Shown here: positions 29,259 through 39,406 of the stretch, piece by piece
Numbering within the stretch: the stretch's first letter is position 1
Layout of the letters: every line of letters starts with the position of its first letter
Assembly (NCBI GenBank): GCA_937900875.1
Contig: CALCGD010000249.1
Span: 9,977 to 73,976 of the forward strand
From: an uncultured Flavobacteriales bacterium
GTDB lineage: Bacteria > Bacteroidota > Bacteroidia > UBA10329
DNA: 64,000 nucleotides
Direction of reading: 5' to 3'
Position numbers and translations under genes: made by a program
Notes under the pieces: generated by a model
The model's database searches: none
Told to the model about the DNA's origin: nothing
The model's input: the letters and a program-made list of their open reading frames with translations, nothing else

Positions 29259-30077
29259 TTAAATGTTCTTACTAAGTTCTAATATGTATTCATCTACCTC
29301 TACGGCCTTTGTAGGGTCCTCTAGAAGAGATTTGAATTTCTCTAAATCCGAAATTGCTTCGGGGTACTTTTTTTGTTTTTCGTGCAAATCTGCTAGGTAT
29401 AAATATGCTTCTGCATACTTAGGGTCAATCTCAATTACTTGATTAAATCGCTCCTCCGCCTTGTCGTACTGACCAGATTTAATTGCAAAATATCCAAGGT
29501 TGATTAACACCTTAATGTTGGTAGGGTCTTTTTGTTCAACACTCTTAAGAATGCCAATTCCTTCCATTGGAGGAGTTCCAAGAAAAGACGAACCTTCAAT
29601 TAGGCAAACGCCTAAATCAACTTTAACCTCTAGATTTTCCGGGTCTAGCTCAAGCGCTTTTTCGAAACATGTTCGGGCCTCAGCAAACCATACAGTTTTT
29701 TGAACCGGACTTCCCATATACTTGGCGTTAAGCAAGAATCGCTGACCAGCTTCCGCCCAATGTTCAGAAGTATTCGATTTCTCTGCACGTTTCTGCGCAT
29801 AATAGGAAGAGCCAATGGGCTTACGAATCAAGTCGTAGTACGCAATAATGCTATCGGTGTTTTCTGTGGTACTCGCAGTCTCCCAACGTGCAATATTGGC
29901 TAAAGCTCCGCTATCCAGTCCGTTTTTTATTTCAGTGATATCCGCTAAGATGTCATATGCTTCTACAGGTGCTGCTTCAGCGTTAGCTGCTTCAGCAATA
30001 GGCGCAATTGGCATCAGGTACAAAGCTGCGCTGATGGCGATAGCAACAAGAATCAATATGACTTGCGGGGTTTTCAC
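29259..30077 (-). CDS. secreted tetratricopeptide-repeat protein
   Basis: 272 aa; signal peptide; several TPR-like helical repeats (AEAYLYLADLHEKQKKYPEAI). Confidence 0.6.
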   Translation of the reverse strand: MKTPQVILILVAIAISAALYLMPIAPIAEAANAEAAPVEAYDILADITEIKNGLDSGALANIARWETASTTENTDSIIAYYDLIRKPIGSSYYAQKRAEKSNTSEHWAEAGQRFLLNAKYMGSPVQKTVWFAEARTCFEKALELDPENLEVKVDLGVCLIEGSSFLGTPPMEGIGILKSVEQKDPTNIKVLINLGYFAIKSGQYDKAEERFNQVIEIDPKYAEAYLYLADLHEKQKKYPEAISDLEKFKSLLEDPTKAVEVDEYILELSKNI

Positions 30078-30079
30078 TC

Positions 30080-30364
30080 TTATTTAACGTTCTTCTTAAC
30101 CTGGCTCACAAAAGTTTTTGCAGGCTTAAAAGCTGGAACGTGGTGCTCTGGAATAACAATGGTGGTATTCTTCGAGATAATTCGTCCTGTTTTCTGAGCG
30201 CGCTTCTTCACCACAAAGCTGCCGAAACCTCTTAAATAGACGTTTTGACCTTTTGATAAAGAGCTCTTTACAGATGCCATGAAAGCCTCAACGGTGTGTT
30301 GGACTTGCAATTTTTCGATTCCTGTTTGCTCAGAAATTTCGTTTACAATGTCAGCTTTTGTCAT
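30080..30364 (-). CDS. hup: HU family DNA-binding protein
   Basis: 94 aa; HU/IHF fold signature GFGSF and arm region RxxKTGR. Confidence 0.85.
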   Translation of the reverse strand: MTKADIVNEISEQTGIEKLQVQHTVEAFMASVKSSLSKGQNVYLRGFGSFVVKKRAQKTGRIISKNTTIVIPEHHVPAFKPAKTFVSQVKKNVK

Positions 30365-30408
30365 TAGTGCTTGATTATGAGCAGATTACTACTTCTTTTA
30401 AAGGGGCT

Positions 30409-30416
30409 GCAAAGGT
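30409..30416 (-). promoter_or_regulatory. candidate -7 box TACCTTTG for hup
   Basis: The minus strand reads TACCTTTG (TAnnTTTG consensus), about 45 nt upstream of the hup ATG. Confidence 0.3.
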
Positions 30417-30443
30417 AACCGAATATTTCAATTGAATTGAAGA

Positions 30444-31526
30444 GTGGTTCGTAATTTTAATCGCTTGAAAATAAACCGCGAATCCATTCATTTCCCGAGT
30501 GCTAATTTATTGGTCTGGTATGACCAAGAAAAGCGTGATTTACCTTGGAGAAAAACCTCTGACCCATATCGTATCTGGATTTCGGAAATCATTCTACAGC
30601 AAACGAGGGTTGACCAAGGACTTCCTTATTATCATCGTTTTCTGTCAAAATTTAAAACTGTTTTCGATTTAGCAAAGGCTACTGAGGATGAAGTACTAAA
30701 AACCTGGGAAGGACTGGGTTACTACTCCAGAGCACGTAATCTACATTTTACCGCTAAGTACGTGGTTAGTGAGTTAAATGGATTGTTCCCGAGAGACTAT
30801 GAAGGGTTACTGGCGCTCAAAGGAGTCGGTCCATACACTGCGGCTGCCATAGGATCTATTGCTTACGGCCTTCCAACCGCGGTTGTAGATGGTAATGTTT
30901 ATCGCGTGTTAGCGCGTTTTTTCGGCATTCAAACATCCATTGATGAAACACCAACCCAAAAGCAAATAGCTGGACTAGCACAGGAAATTCTTGATAAGGG
31001 AAGACCAGCAGATTTCAACCAAGCAGTTATGGAGTTGGGTGCAACAATTTGTACTCCAACTGGGCCAAACTGTGGGAATTGTCCTTTACGGGGAGGGTGT
31101 GTTGCGGTTCAAACAAATAACCAGGCTTGCCTTCCTATTCGTTCCAAGAAAATCAAGGTTAGAACGCGGTATTTTTATTATTTGGTGCTATTCTACAAAG
31201 GTGAAACGCAAGTCAGACGCAGACCAGCGGGTGATATTTGGCAAGGTCTATATGAGTTTCCGTTAATTGAATCTGATGCTAGTTTGAGTGACGAAGAGAT
31301 TCTGATAGCGTGCAATTTGAACTCAGACGATGTCGTTAAATCTGTCTCAGATGAGTATGTTCACATCCTTTCTCATCAACGAATTATTGCACGTTTTATA
31401 CTTGTAGAGCGCAAAAAATTAAAGAATAGTAATTACATTACCTCAGCGGTCAATAAGCTTAGTAGCTTTGCGTTCCCAAGATTGATAAATAGATATCTTG
31501 AGAAACAAAACTTTGTTATTGATTGA
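30444..31526 (+). CDS. mutY: A/G-specific adenine DNA glycosylase
   Basis: 360 aa; HhH-GPD motif (ILQQTRV, LKGVGPYTAAAI), a 4Fe-4S loop (C..C..C..C) and a NUDIX-like C-terminal domain; GTG start. Confidence 0.85.
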   Translation: MVRNFNRLKINRESIHFPSANLLVWYDQEKRDLPWRKTSDPYRIWISEIILQQTRVDQGLPYYHRFLSKFKTVFDLAKATEDEVLKTWEGLGYYSRARNLHFTAKYVVSELNGLFPRDYEGLLALKGVGPYTAAAIGSIAYGLPTAVVDGNVYRVLARFFGIQTSIDETPTQKQIAGLAQEILDKGRPADFNQAVMELGATICTPTGPNCGNCPLRGGCVAVQTNNQACLPIRSKKIKVRTRYFYYLVLFYKGETQVRRRPAGDIWQGLYEFPLIESDASLSDEEILIACNLNSDDVVKSVSDEYVHILSHQRIIARFILVERKKLKNSNYITSAVNKLSSFAFPRLINRYLEKQNFVID

Positions 31527-31566
31527 TAAGTTTTGAATCTTTGAGTAAACAGTTTAAAAACAAGTC

Positions 31567-32010
31567 ATGGCTGGCGTAAACAAAGTAATCTTAGTAGGTA
31601 ATCTTGGGGCAGATCCAGAAAGCCGAACAATTGAAAGCGGTGCAAAAGTTGCCAATTTCAGTATTGCAACATCGGAGCGATACAAGGATAAAAACGGAAA
31701 TCAAGTAGATAAAACAGAGTGGCACAATATTGTAGTGTGGCGCGGCCTTGCTGATATAGCCGAAAAGTATCTCAAAAAAGGTTCTCAAGTGTTTATTGAA
31801 GGAAAATTGCGTACTCGTTCTTGGGACGACCAAAACGGCACTAAGCGATATACTACTGAGATTTTAGCTGATAATATGACGCTTCTTGGACGTCCAGAAG
31901 GTGGTTCTTCTTCTGGTGATGGACAAGCTTCGGCATCGTCTTCATCCAAAAATCAAGTAAATGAGCCATCCTCGTCCATGGATGATATTGATGATGATTT
32001 ACCGTTCTAA
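31567..32010 (+). CDS. ssb: single-stranded DNA-binding protein
   Basis: 147 aa; OB-fold, a Gly/Ser-rich linker and the acidic tail DDIDDDLPF. Confidence 0.9.
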   Translation: MAGVNKVILVGNLGADPESRTIESGAKVANFSIATSERYKDKNGNQVDKTEWHNIVVWRGLADIAEKYLKKGSQVFIEGKLRTRSWDDQNGTKRYTTEILADNMTLLGRPEGGSSSGDGQASASSSSKNQVNEPSSSMDDIDDDLPF

Positions 32011-32048
32011 TCGAATGGATAATCTAGGTTTAACGAATCCGTGCTGAG

Positions 32049-33419
32049 TTGGAAGACCCCCCCGAACACGTTTACGTATTAATTAATTCCCTTTTGTTGG
32101 CTGACTGGTTGTCACTGAACCTTATACTAGGGTTGGTGGCACTTGTTGTATTGTTAGCAGCTTCTGCAATGATTTCAGGAGCGGAGGTCGCTTATTTTTC
32201 CTTGTCAAAATCAGATTTGGACTTGATTGGTCAATCAGAACAGCGCATACAAAAGCAGGCCGTGGTTCTTTTAAAAAGACCAAAGAAATTGCTAGCAACA
32301 ATTTTAGTGGCCAACAACTTTGTGAATGTCGGAATCGTGATTCTGTCAACTTATCTGGTCGCGAAGAATATCCCGACTCACTTACTCAACTATATGTTGG
32401 CCGATGTACTGCCAGTTGCACGAGTAATTGAAGTATTTGGCATTACCCTTATAGTTCTTTTGTTTGGTGAGATTATACCAAAAGTTTACGCCAATCAATA
32501 CGCCATTGGATTCGCCAGCTTTATGTCTTTTCCGCTGTATTATATGTCTATCATGTTTTCTTTTCTCAGCATTCCGCTTATTAAACTCACTTTAATAGTA
32601 GATAGGTTAGGCTCTGGGAAATTTGACCAGCTTTCTGTTGATGAATTAGGCCACGCTTTAGAATTGACAAAACCTGAAACACTAAAGGAGCGTGAAGACC
32701 AGAAAATATTGGAGGGTATTGTCAAGTTTGGCAATACTGATGTAAAGCAAATTATGAAACCTCGAACCGATGTTGAGGCAATTGAACGAAATAGTGGCTA
32801 CGATTATTTGCTGACAAATATTCTTGAGTCAGGCTTCTCAAGAGTTCCAATTTATGAGGAAACGCTAGATAAGATTGAAGGAATAATTCATGTAAAGGAC
32901 CTTTTAACTCATATGGAAGAACCAGATGATTTTAATTGGCAAGAATTAATTCGTCCTGCGTTTTTCGTTCCGGAAAGCAAAATGATTGATGATTTGTTAC
33001 AGGAATTTCGAGTAAAAAAAGTCCATTTGGCCGTGGTTGTAGATGAGTATGGCGGGTGCGAAGGGCTTGTGACTCTCGAAGATATTATTGAAGAAATAGT
33101 TGGAGATATTTCTGATGAGTTTGACGATGTAGAAGTCATCTATTCTAAGCTCGATGACAACAATTATGTGTTTGAAGGAAAAACAAACCTCAAGCAGTTT
33201 TACAGGGCTATCAAAATTGACGGTTCAAACTTTGAAGACAACAAAGGAGAAGCGGATACATTGGCCGGTTTTATTCTGGAGCTGTCAGGTAAAATGCCTG
33301 TGAAAAATCAGAAAGTGGAGTTCGAAAATTTTGAATTTACGATTGAGAGCGTTGATAAACGAAGAATTAAAAGGGTAAAGGTTACCAAGCATGAAGAGCA
33401 TTTGGATGAAGCAGAGTAA
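32049..33419 (+). CDS. gldE: gliding motility-associated protein GldE (CNNM/DUF21-CBS-CorC_HlyC family)
   Basis: 456 aa; four N-terminal TM helices (DUF21), tandem CBS domains and a CorC_HlyC C-terminal domain. Followed by a small lipoprotein (gldD) and preceded by ssb and mutY, as at the F. johnsoniae gldE locus. The start codon is uncertain (TTG or GTG). Confidence 0.6.
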   Translation: MEDPPEHVYVLINSLLLADWLSLNLILGLVALVVLLAASAMISGAEVAYFSLSKSDLDLIGQSEQRIQKQAVVLLKRPKKLLATILVANNFVNVGIVILSTYLVAKNIPTHLLNYMLADVLPVARVIEVFGITLIVLLFGEIIPKVYANQYAIGFASFMSFPLYYMSIMFSFLSIPLIKLTLIVDRLGSGKFDQLSVDELGHALELTKPETLKEREDQKILEGIVKFGNTDVKQIMKPRTDVEAIERNSGYDYLLTNILESGFSRVPIYEETLDKIEGIIHVKDLLTHMEEPDDFNWQELIRPAFFVPESKMIDDLLQEFRVKKVHLAVVVDEYGGCEGLVTLEDIIEEIVGDISDEFDDVEVIYSKLDDNNYVFEGKTNLKQFYRAIKIDGSNFEDNKGEADTLAGFILELSGKMPVKNQKVEFENFEFTIESVDKRRIKRVKVTKHEEHLDEAE

Positions 33420-33984
33420 ATTCCTCTTGACGATTGTATGCTTCATGGTATTTGCTTCGTGTCAAACGGAGTACACACCAAAACCAAGAGGTTTTATTCG
33501 GATTGATTTACCGGAAAAGTCCTATGCCCCGATTGTTACAGATTGCCCTTATTCATTTGAAATACCAACCTACGCATACTATGTTCCAGATAATAGGGCA
33601 GGTTCGGACCCCTGCTGGTTTAATGTAGAATATCCTCAGTTTAAGGCTGTCATACACTTCAGCTATAAACCAATTAGTAATAACCTAAGCGAGTATCTTG
33701 AAGATTCTCGAACACTTACTAATAAACACATAAGCAAGGCGTCAAATATTCTAGAATCGGTAATCATAAAAGACGATTCGCATGTATTTGGCGTGATATA
33801 TAATATAGAAGGAAGCCAAGCGGCATCTCCCATGCAGTTTCATTTAACTGATAGTGTGGATCACTTCTTAAGAGGAGCTCTTTACTTTAATGTAGCTCCG
33901 AATAATGATTCGCTAGCTCCGGTGATAGATTTTTTGAAGGAGGATGCTATGCATCTTATAGAAACGCTCAAATGGAAGTCATAG
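33391..33984 (+). CDS. gldD: gliding motility lipoprotein GldD
   Basis: 197 aa; lipobox MVFASC; immediately downstream of, and overlapping, gldE. Confidence 0.55.
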   Translation: MKSIWMKQSKFLLTIVCFMVFASCQTEYTPKPRGFIRIDLPEKSYAPIVTDCPYSFEIPTYAYYVPDNRAGSDPCWFNVEYPQFKAVIHFSYKPISNNLSEYLEDSRTLTNKHISKASNILESVIIKDDSHVFGVIYNIEGSQAASPMQFHLTDSVDHFLRGALYFNVAPNNDSLAPVIDFLKEDAMHLIETLKWKS

Positions 33985-35053
33985 ACTTCGTTCTAATCTG
34001 AGTTTTTCTGCCTAATGCAAAAAACAGGTAAACCTGAGTTCCAAAAATAAGGCAAGACAAAACTAGGTGAACAGGCTGTGCCCAAGATGGCACGTTCAAA
34101 TAAGCCATAATTATTCCGCTTAAGGCGGCAATTCCAACAAATACAGCTAAATAAATTCCGGCTCTGTAAACGGCAAAATAGTGGTGCAAGTATTTCAATA
34201 TTTGATAAACAACCCAACCATTTCCAATAAGCACAAGAAGTGAGAAAGACCTATGGAATTTGAAAATCCAATCTAATTGACTTATCCAAAGATCTCTGCT
34301 TTGCATATCAAGACTTTTTGCAATCACATCAATTTGTTGTCGTACCTGAGTTCCAATTAGTACTTGCACAAGAGTGATAATGATTAATAAACCCAAGGCA
34401 TATCTAGTAGTATTGTCCATTTTCATGCCTGAAGGAGACCGAAAACCGTAAGCAGTTTTTACGTACAGGTAAACGAGTCCTGCAATAACAACAAACGCCA
34501 AAATCATGTGAGCGGTAAGCACTCCAGGAAGAAGATTGGTAGAAACCACAATCGACCCCATCCAACCTTGAAACCCTGTTACAAACACAATTCCAAGTAC
34601 GACTAGCGGAATTTTCGGCTTCTTTTTCCAGTAAACTAGAGAAGAATAAAAAGCTAAAAGCAGTAAAATTCCAAGTGAAGCGCCTGACAATCGATTAATG
34701 TATTCTATCCAAGTCCGTTGCCAAACGAAATCAGTTTCTTCATAAATAGATGGGTCGTTGCTAATCTGATTAGCGAGCTCAGTTAGCCCCAATGGAGCCA
34801 TCATTTTAGCCAACTTTTCATTTTTCGCTTTCCTGATTAATATGTAGTGCTCCTTGTAATCACTTGGAAGTTCAGTTACACTAGTTGGCGGTATGAACTC
34901 ACCGAAGCATTTTGGCCAATCAGGACACCCCATACCAGAGCCAGTTGTTCTGACCACTGCACCAGCAATGATTACTAAATAAGTACAGAAAATAGAAGCT
35001 TTAAGCAGGCTTCTAAACCAGTCTTGTTTTTTTCTGATGGCGCTTATACTCAT
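33968..35053 (-). CDS. ctaA: haem A synthase (COX15/CtaA family)
   Basis: 361 aa; eight TM helices; GSGMGCPDWPKCFG cysteine-pair motif in the first loop typical of CtaA/COX15. Confidence 0.75.
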   Translation of the reverse strand: MSISAIRKKQDWFRSLLKASIFCTYLVIIAGAVVRTTGSGMGCPDWPKCFGEFIPPTSVTELPSDYKEHYILIRKAKNEKLAKMMAPLGLTELANQISNDPSIYEETDFVWQRTWIEYINRLSGASLGILLLLAFYSSLVYWKKKPKIPLVVLGIVFVTGFQGWMGSIVVSTNLLPGVLTAHMILAFVVIAGLVYLYVKTAYGFRSPSGMKMDNTTRYALGLLIIITLVQVLIGTQVRQQIDVIAKSLDMQSRDLWISQLDWIFKFHRSFSLLVLIGNGWVVYQILKYLHHYFAVYRAGIYLAVFVGIAALSGIIMAYLNVPSWAQPVHLVLSCLIFGTQVYLFFALGRKTQIRTKSMTSI

Positions 35054-35088
35054 TGCGTAAAACTATTAATTAGCAACTTGTATTGACG

Positions 35089-35112
35089 AAAAAAGGATGG
35101 CACAGCCATCCT
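35089..35112 (-). terminator. rho-independent terminator of recQ
   Basis: Stem AGGATGGC/GCCATCCT (8 bp, 3-nt loop), followed on the minus strand by TTTTT; 27 nt after the recQ stop. Confidence 0.6.
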
Positions 35113-35138
35113 TTCTCATTAAATCAATATACAGTCGA

Positions 35139-37346
35139 TTAATGCCCGAACTCAGAAATAAACTTAATTCTAACTAGCCTTATCTCCTCTTCAGTATAAT
35201 CATCTTCGCCAAGCTCTTCTAAAGCAGCTTCTATGCTATCGCTTTCAGCTTCTTCTTGGAAGTACTCATAGATGTCGTCTTGTTTATCCTCGTCTACCGC
35301 GTTATTTATGTAATAATCGAGGTTTACTTTGGTGCCGGAGCTCACAATGTGTTCAATCTCTGTGAGTAATTCTTCCATTTTAAGACCTTTCGCATCTGCC
35401 ACATCTTCTAAATCTAGCTTGCGGTCAATACTCTGAATAATGTAAACCTTATTGCTCGATTTGTTTACGACTGTTTTCACAATCATATCCTGCTCGCGCT
35501 CAATCTCATTCTCTTCTACATACTGCTGAATGAGTTCTAGGAAAGGTTCTCCATACTTTTTAGCCTTTCCAGTTCCAACACCTGTAATATCGGTCAGTTC
35601 CTCCATCGTTATTGGATATCGGAATGCCATATCTTCTAATGATGGGTCTTGAAAAATCACAAATGGAGGAAGGTTATCTTCCTTAGAAATATCCTTTCTC
35701 AGGTCCTTCAGCATTCGGAGTAATTCATCGTCAGCCGCTCCAGGTCCTTTTAGTGCCCCAACAGGAATAGCGTCTTCAGCTTCAGTGGCGGCTTCAAAAT
35801 CATGATCAATTGTCATCATGAAAGAATGTGGCTTGTCCAAGAATTTATTCCCTTGCTCAGTGATTTTTAGAAGACCGTAATTTTCAATATCCTTAGACAA
35901 ATAACCATTAATAATGGTTTGCCTAACCAGCGACTGCCAATATCTATCACCTCGCTCTGTACCTTTTCCATATAGGTCAAGCGTGTCGTGTTTGTAAGAT
36001 TTAATGTTGGTGCTACTTGTACCCATTAGCACATTTATTACGTGCTTGATTTTAAATTTTTCCTTGATGTCTTGAACGGTTTGGATAATCATACCCATTT
36101 CGTTCTGTGCTTCTTCTTTCTTTTTTGGGTGCTTACAATTATCGCAATGCTCATCGCATCTCGCTTCATCAAATTTTTCTCCGAAATAATGCAAGATGAA
36201 TTTCCTTCTGCAAACAGAAGTTTCTACGTAGGTCACCATTTCGCCTAGCAATTGTTTCCCGATTTCTTGTTCAGAAATTGGTTTTCCTTGCATAAATTTC
36301 TCAAGCTTGGTTATGTCGTCATAACTATAAAAAGCTACGCAAACTCCTTCTCCACCATCTCTTCCGGCCCTTCCAGTTTCTTGGTAATAACCTTCCAAAC
36401 TCTTTGGAATGTCATGATGAACAACGAACCGAACATCTGGTTTGTCGATGCCCATTCCAAAGGCTATAGTTGCGCAAATCACGTCTGCATCTTCCATAAG
36501 AAATGCATCCTGATTTTTAACCCTAGTTCCTGCATCCAGTCCAGCGTGGTAAGGCAAAGCCTTAATGCCATTTACCTGAAGCGTTTCGGCCATTTCTTCC
36601 ACCTTTTTTCGGCTGAGACAATAGACTATACCAGACTTACCTTCGTGTTGTTTGATAAACTTGATAAGGTCGCGGGCAATATGCTTGGTTTTTGGACGAA
36701 TCTCGTAATACAGATTGTCTCTATTAAATGATGATTTGAAAACGCCTGCATCAGTCATTCCCAAATTTTTCTGAATGTCTTGCTGAACCTTTGGCGTAGC
36801 AGTAGCCGTTAATGCCATAATAGGAACGTTGCCGATGGCTTCTATCATCGGCCGTAACCGCCTGTATTCAGGTCTAAAATCATGTCCCCATTCCGAAATG
36901 CAATGGGCCTCATCAATTGCTACAAGTGAGATGTTGACACCTCTAAAGAAGTCGATATTTTCTTGCTTGTTCAACGATTCTGGCGCAACATAAAGAAGCT
37001 TGGTAATTCCCGCCTTAATATCGCTCCTTACTTGTTCTGCTTCACCTTTATTAAGAGACGAATTCAGAAAATGCGCTATACCGTTAACTGTGCCAAAACT
37101 TCTTATCGAATCAACCTGATTTTTCATCAGAGCGATAAGAGGAGATACGATTATTGCAGTACCTTCTGTGATGAGGGCTGGTAATTGATAACACAAAGAT
37201 TTGCCACCACCTGTTGGCATAATCACAAACGTGTCATTACCAGCAAGAACATTTTGAATAATCTTCTCTTGCTCTCCTTTAAACTTGTTAAACCCGAAAT
37301 GCGTTTTTAACGCTGCCTGCAGGTCTGTCCCAACTTCTATTTCCAT
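35139..37346 (-). CDS. recQ: ATP-dependent DNA helicase RecQ
   Basis: 735 aa; DEAH box (AIDEAHCISEWGHDFR), helicase C domain, RecQ-C Zn-binding cysteines (CDNC) and a C-terminal HRDC region. Confidence 0.9.
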   Translation of the reverse strand: MEIEVGTDLQAALKTHFGFNKFKGEQEKIIQNVLAGNDTFVIMPTGGGKSLCYQLPALITEGTAIIVSPLIALMKNQVDSIRSFGTVNGIAHFLNSSLNKGEAEQVRSDIKAGITKLLYVAPESLNKQENIDFFRGVNISLVAIDEAHCISEWGHDFRPEYRRLRPMIEAIGNVPIMALTATATPKVQQDIQKNLGMTDAGVFKSSFNRDNLYYEIRPKTKHIARDLIKFIKQHEGKSGIVYCLSRKKVEEMAETLQVNGIKALPYHAGLDAGTRVKNQDAFLMEDADVICATIAFGMGIDKPDVRFVVHHDIPKSLEGYYQETGRAGRDGGEGVCVAFYSYDDITKLEKFMQGKPISEQEIGKQLLGEMVTYVETSVCRRKFILHYFGEKFDEARCDEHCDNCKHPKKKEEAQNEMGMIIQTVQDIKEKFKIKHVINVLMGTSSTNIKSYKHDTLDLYGKGTERGDRYWQSLVRQTIINGYLSKDIENYGLLKITEQGNKFLDKPHSFMMTIDHDFEAATEAEDAIPVGALKGPGAADDELLRMLKDLRKDISKEDNLPPFVIFQDPSLEDMAFRYPITMEELTDITGVGTGKAKKYGEPFLELIQQYVEENEIEREQDMIVKTVVNKSSNKVYIIQSIDRKLDLEDVADAKGLKMEELLTEIEHIVSSGTKVNLDYYINNAVDEDKQDDIYEYFQEEAESDSIEAALEELGEDDYTEEEIRLVRIKFISEFGH

Positions 37347-37611
37347 TCTTTTTTTCCCGTGTTCACTAAAGATAGGGATTTGGCTTGGTGCTCAAAACCC
37401 TTTTTAGTCTTTTTATCCCAACTGGTAATTATACTCGACTAATTCCCATTTTGGGGCTGCAAAAGTGTTCATTTTAACTAAGTTAATCCCTTAATCAGAA
37501 CGGTTGTAACGCGTACATTTATCATTATTGTAGGCGCTTTTGCAATTTGACATTGTTGGAGCAATAATTCCTGTAGTAGAGTAATGTTCTGACATCGCTT
37601 TTTTTAACAAG

Positions 37612-38490
37612 ATGAGTAACCTAACTGTAATAATTCCGGCATTCAATGAAGAGCAATCTTTAAAGGTGCTTCTGCCTGAATTGCTCGATTTTGTAAAACA
37701 AAACCATCTTCAATTAATTATTGTAAACGATGGTTCTTCTGATGCAACATTAGAAGTGTTAAAAGGTTTTGAGACAAGTGCTAATTTTCAATACTTCAGT
37801 CATAAGGTTAACAGAGGATATGGTGGTGCAATAAAGACAGGAATACGCCATTCTACCACTAAATATTCTATTACTATTGATGCTGACGGGCAGCATGATT
37901 TGAATGATGTTCTTGCTTTACAAAATGCCATATTAGAAACGGATGCCGATATGATTGTTGGCAGTAGAATGGCCCAAAAAAATGCCTCGATATATAGAGG
38001 CATAGGGAAATGGCTTATAAGATGGTTTGCTAAGTTGCTTCTTCCAATTCATATCGATGATATTAATTCTGGTATGAAGATTTACAATACCGAAATGGCA
38101 AAAAGGTACATTCGAATTTGCCCAAATCATATGGCTTTTAGTGACATTATTGCTATGGTTTTTATCAGTAAAAAACACTTGGTATTAGAACAACCAATCA
38201 ATATTAAACCAAGAACAGCTGGTACTAGTACTATAAGTACGCTCACTGCTATTGAGACTGTAAAGGAAATCCTCAACATTGTCATTCTGTTTAATCCAAT
38301 GAGAGTGTTTTTTCCTATCGCTGTATTAAGCGTTGTTTTGGCGCTAGCTTGGGGCGTGCCAATTGCTTTAAATGGCCGCGGAGTAAGCACGGGTGCTATG
38401 CTTGGCTTTACCACAGGTTTGTTGTTTTTCTTCTTGGGATTGCTTGCAGAGCAGTTGTCGCAAATTCGAAGAGACAGCGTTGATGAATGA
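37612..38490 (+). CDS. polyprenyl-phosphate glycosyltransferase, GT2 family (GtrB/ArnC/DPM1-like)
   Basis: 292 aa; N-terminal GT-A domain (VIIPAFNEE, DGSSD, DADGQHD DxD motif) followed by two C-terminal TM helices. This is the architecture of GtrB/ArnC. Confidence 0.75.
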   Translation: MSNLTVIIPAFNEEQSLKVLLPELLDFVKQNHLQLIIVNDGSSDATLEVLKGFETSANFQYFSHKVNRGYGGAIKTGIRHSTTKYSITIDADGQHDLNDVLALQNAILETDADMIVGSRMAQKNASIYRGIGKWLIRWFAKLLLPIHIDDINSGMKIYNTEMAKRYIRICPNHMAFSDIIAMVFISKKHLVLEQPINIKPRTAGTSTISTLTAIETVKEILNIVILFNPMRVFFPIAVLSVVLALAWGVPIALNGRGVSTGAMLGFTTGLLFFFLGLLAEQLSQIRRDSVDE

Positions 38491-39406
38491 GCAAGATTTG
38501 CAGGTTAGAAAACGCTGGTATACACAGGTTATGGATGTGTACCGTCACAATAACATTTATATTCCTGGGTTTAATTCCTTCGCTCAATTCATGCTTAAAT
38601 CCAAAGCAGAGGCGCATTTTTCTGTTATTTCTCAAAGGAGTGTATCCGATAAGCAAATTATTGATGAATGGTTTGCTTCAAAAAATGTATTCTTTGGTTA
38701 TGGGGTGTTTAGAAGCGGCACTACGTTTTTAGCCGATTTCTTAAACAGGCACGCCTCTGGTGCAGTGGTGCAGCACGAGGCAAACGTGAACGACTATTGG
38801 TATTATGCACAAGCGATGCAATCAGACGTAGATGCCAATATTTACGTAGAAAACTACCGTTCAGCTGAGGTTTATTATCGACTAGAGGGAGTGGAACTTG
38901 GGACTTACGGAGAGATAAATCCATTTTTGAGAAGGCACGTGAAGGCACTAAAACAAGCGCTACCTAGGGCCAGGCAATTTCAGCTAGTTCGCGACCCAAG
39001 AAATGTTATTCGTTCTCTCATGTCTCGCGAACTTTTCGGGAGAAAAGACCCGATGGCTGATTTGATTTGTCCCCCAAAAGAAGACGAATATTTAGAGAAG
39101 TGGCCTAGTATGTCTCGTTTCGAAAAGTTGTGTTGGCTTTGGGCTGCAGACAATCGATTCATTCGTGAAAACACCAATCATGTTGCCAAATTTGAGTTAC
39201 TCAGAACTGACTTCAGTTATTTTGATGAAAAGATTGTATCCTTTTTGAATTTAGAGGTAAACCCTGATGCCTGGCAATCAGAAATATCTAAGGTGTTCAA
39301 TTCTACTCCCCGTTATACATTTCCGAAATACGCTGATTGGTCAATGGAGCACAAGACTCAATTTGATTCGATTTGCGCACAAGAAATGGCGTATTACGAC
39401 TATTGA
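38483..39406 (+). CDS. sulfotransferase family protein
   Basis: Start taken at MNEQ, overlapping the GT2 stop (ATGA). 5'-phosphosulfate-binding loop GVFRSGTTFLADFL and 3'-phosphate motif LVRDPRNVIRSLMS (RDP...S), as in PAPS-dependent sulfotransferases. No TM segment, so cytoplasmic. Confidence 0.55.
   Translation: MNEQDLQVRKRWYTQVMDVYRHNNIYIPGFNSFAQFMLKSKAEAHFSVISQRSVSDKQIIDEWFASKNVFFGYGVFRSGTTFLADFLNRHASGAVVQHEANVNDYWYYAQAMQSDVDANIYVENYRSAEVYYRLEGVELGTYGEINPFLRRHVKALKQALPRARQFQLVRDPRNVIRSLMSRELFGRKDPMADLICPPKEDEYLEKWPSMSRFEKLCWLWAADNRFIRENTNHVAKFELLRTDFSYFDEKIVSFLNLEVNPDAWQSEISKVFNSTPRYTFPKYADWSMEHKTQFDSICAQEMAYYDY

Noticed and set aside
36252-36731. 159-aa plus-strand ORF, and other 60-160-aa ORFs in the track antisense to recQ, mrp (23933..24523), ftsI, korA and the C25 peptidase (53330..53710)
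   Set aside because: They lie entirely inside well-supported genes on the opposite strand. They have low-complexity or Cys/Phe-rich composition and no recognisable motifs. They are most likely chance antisense ORFs.
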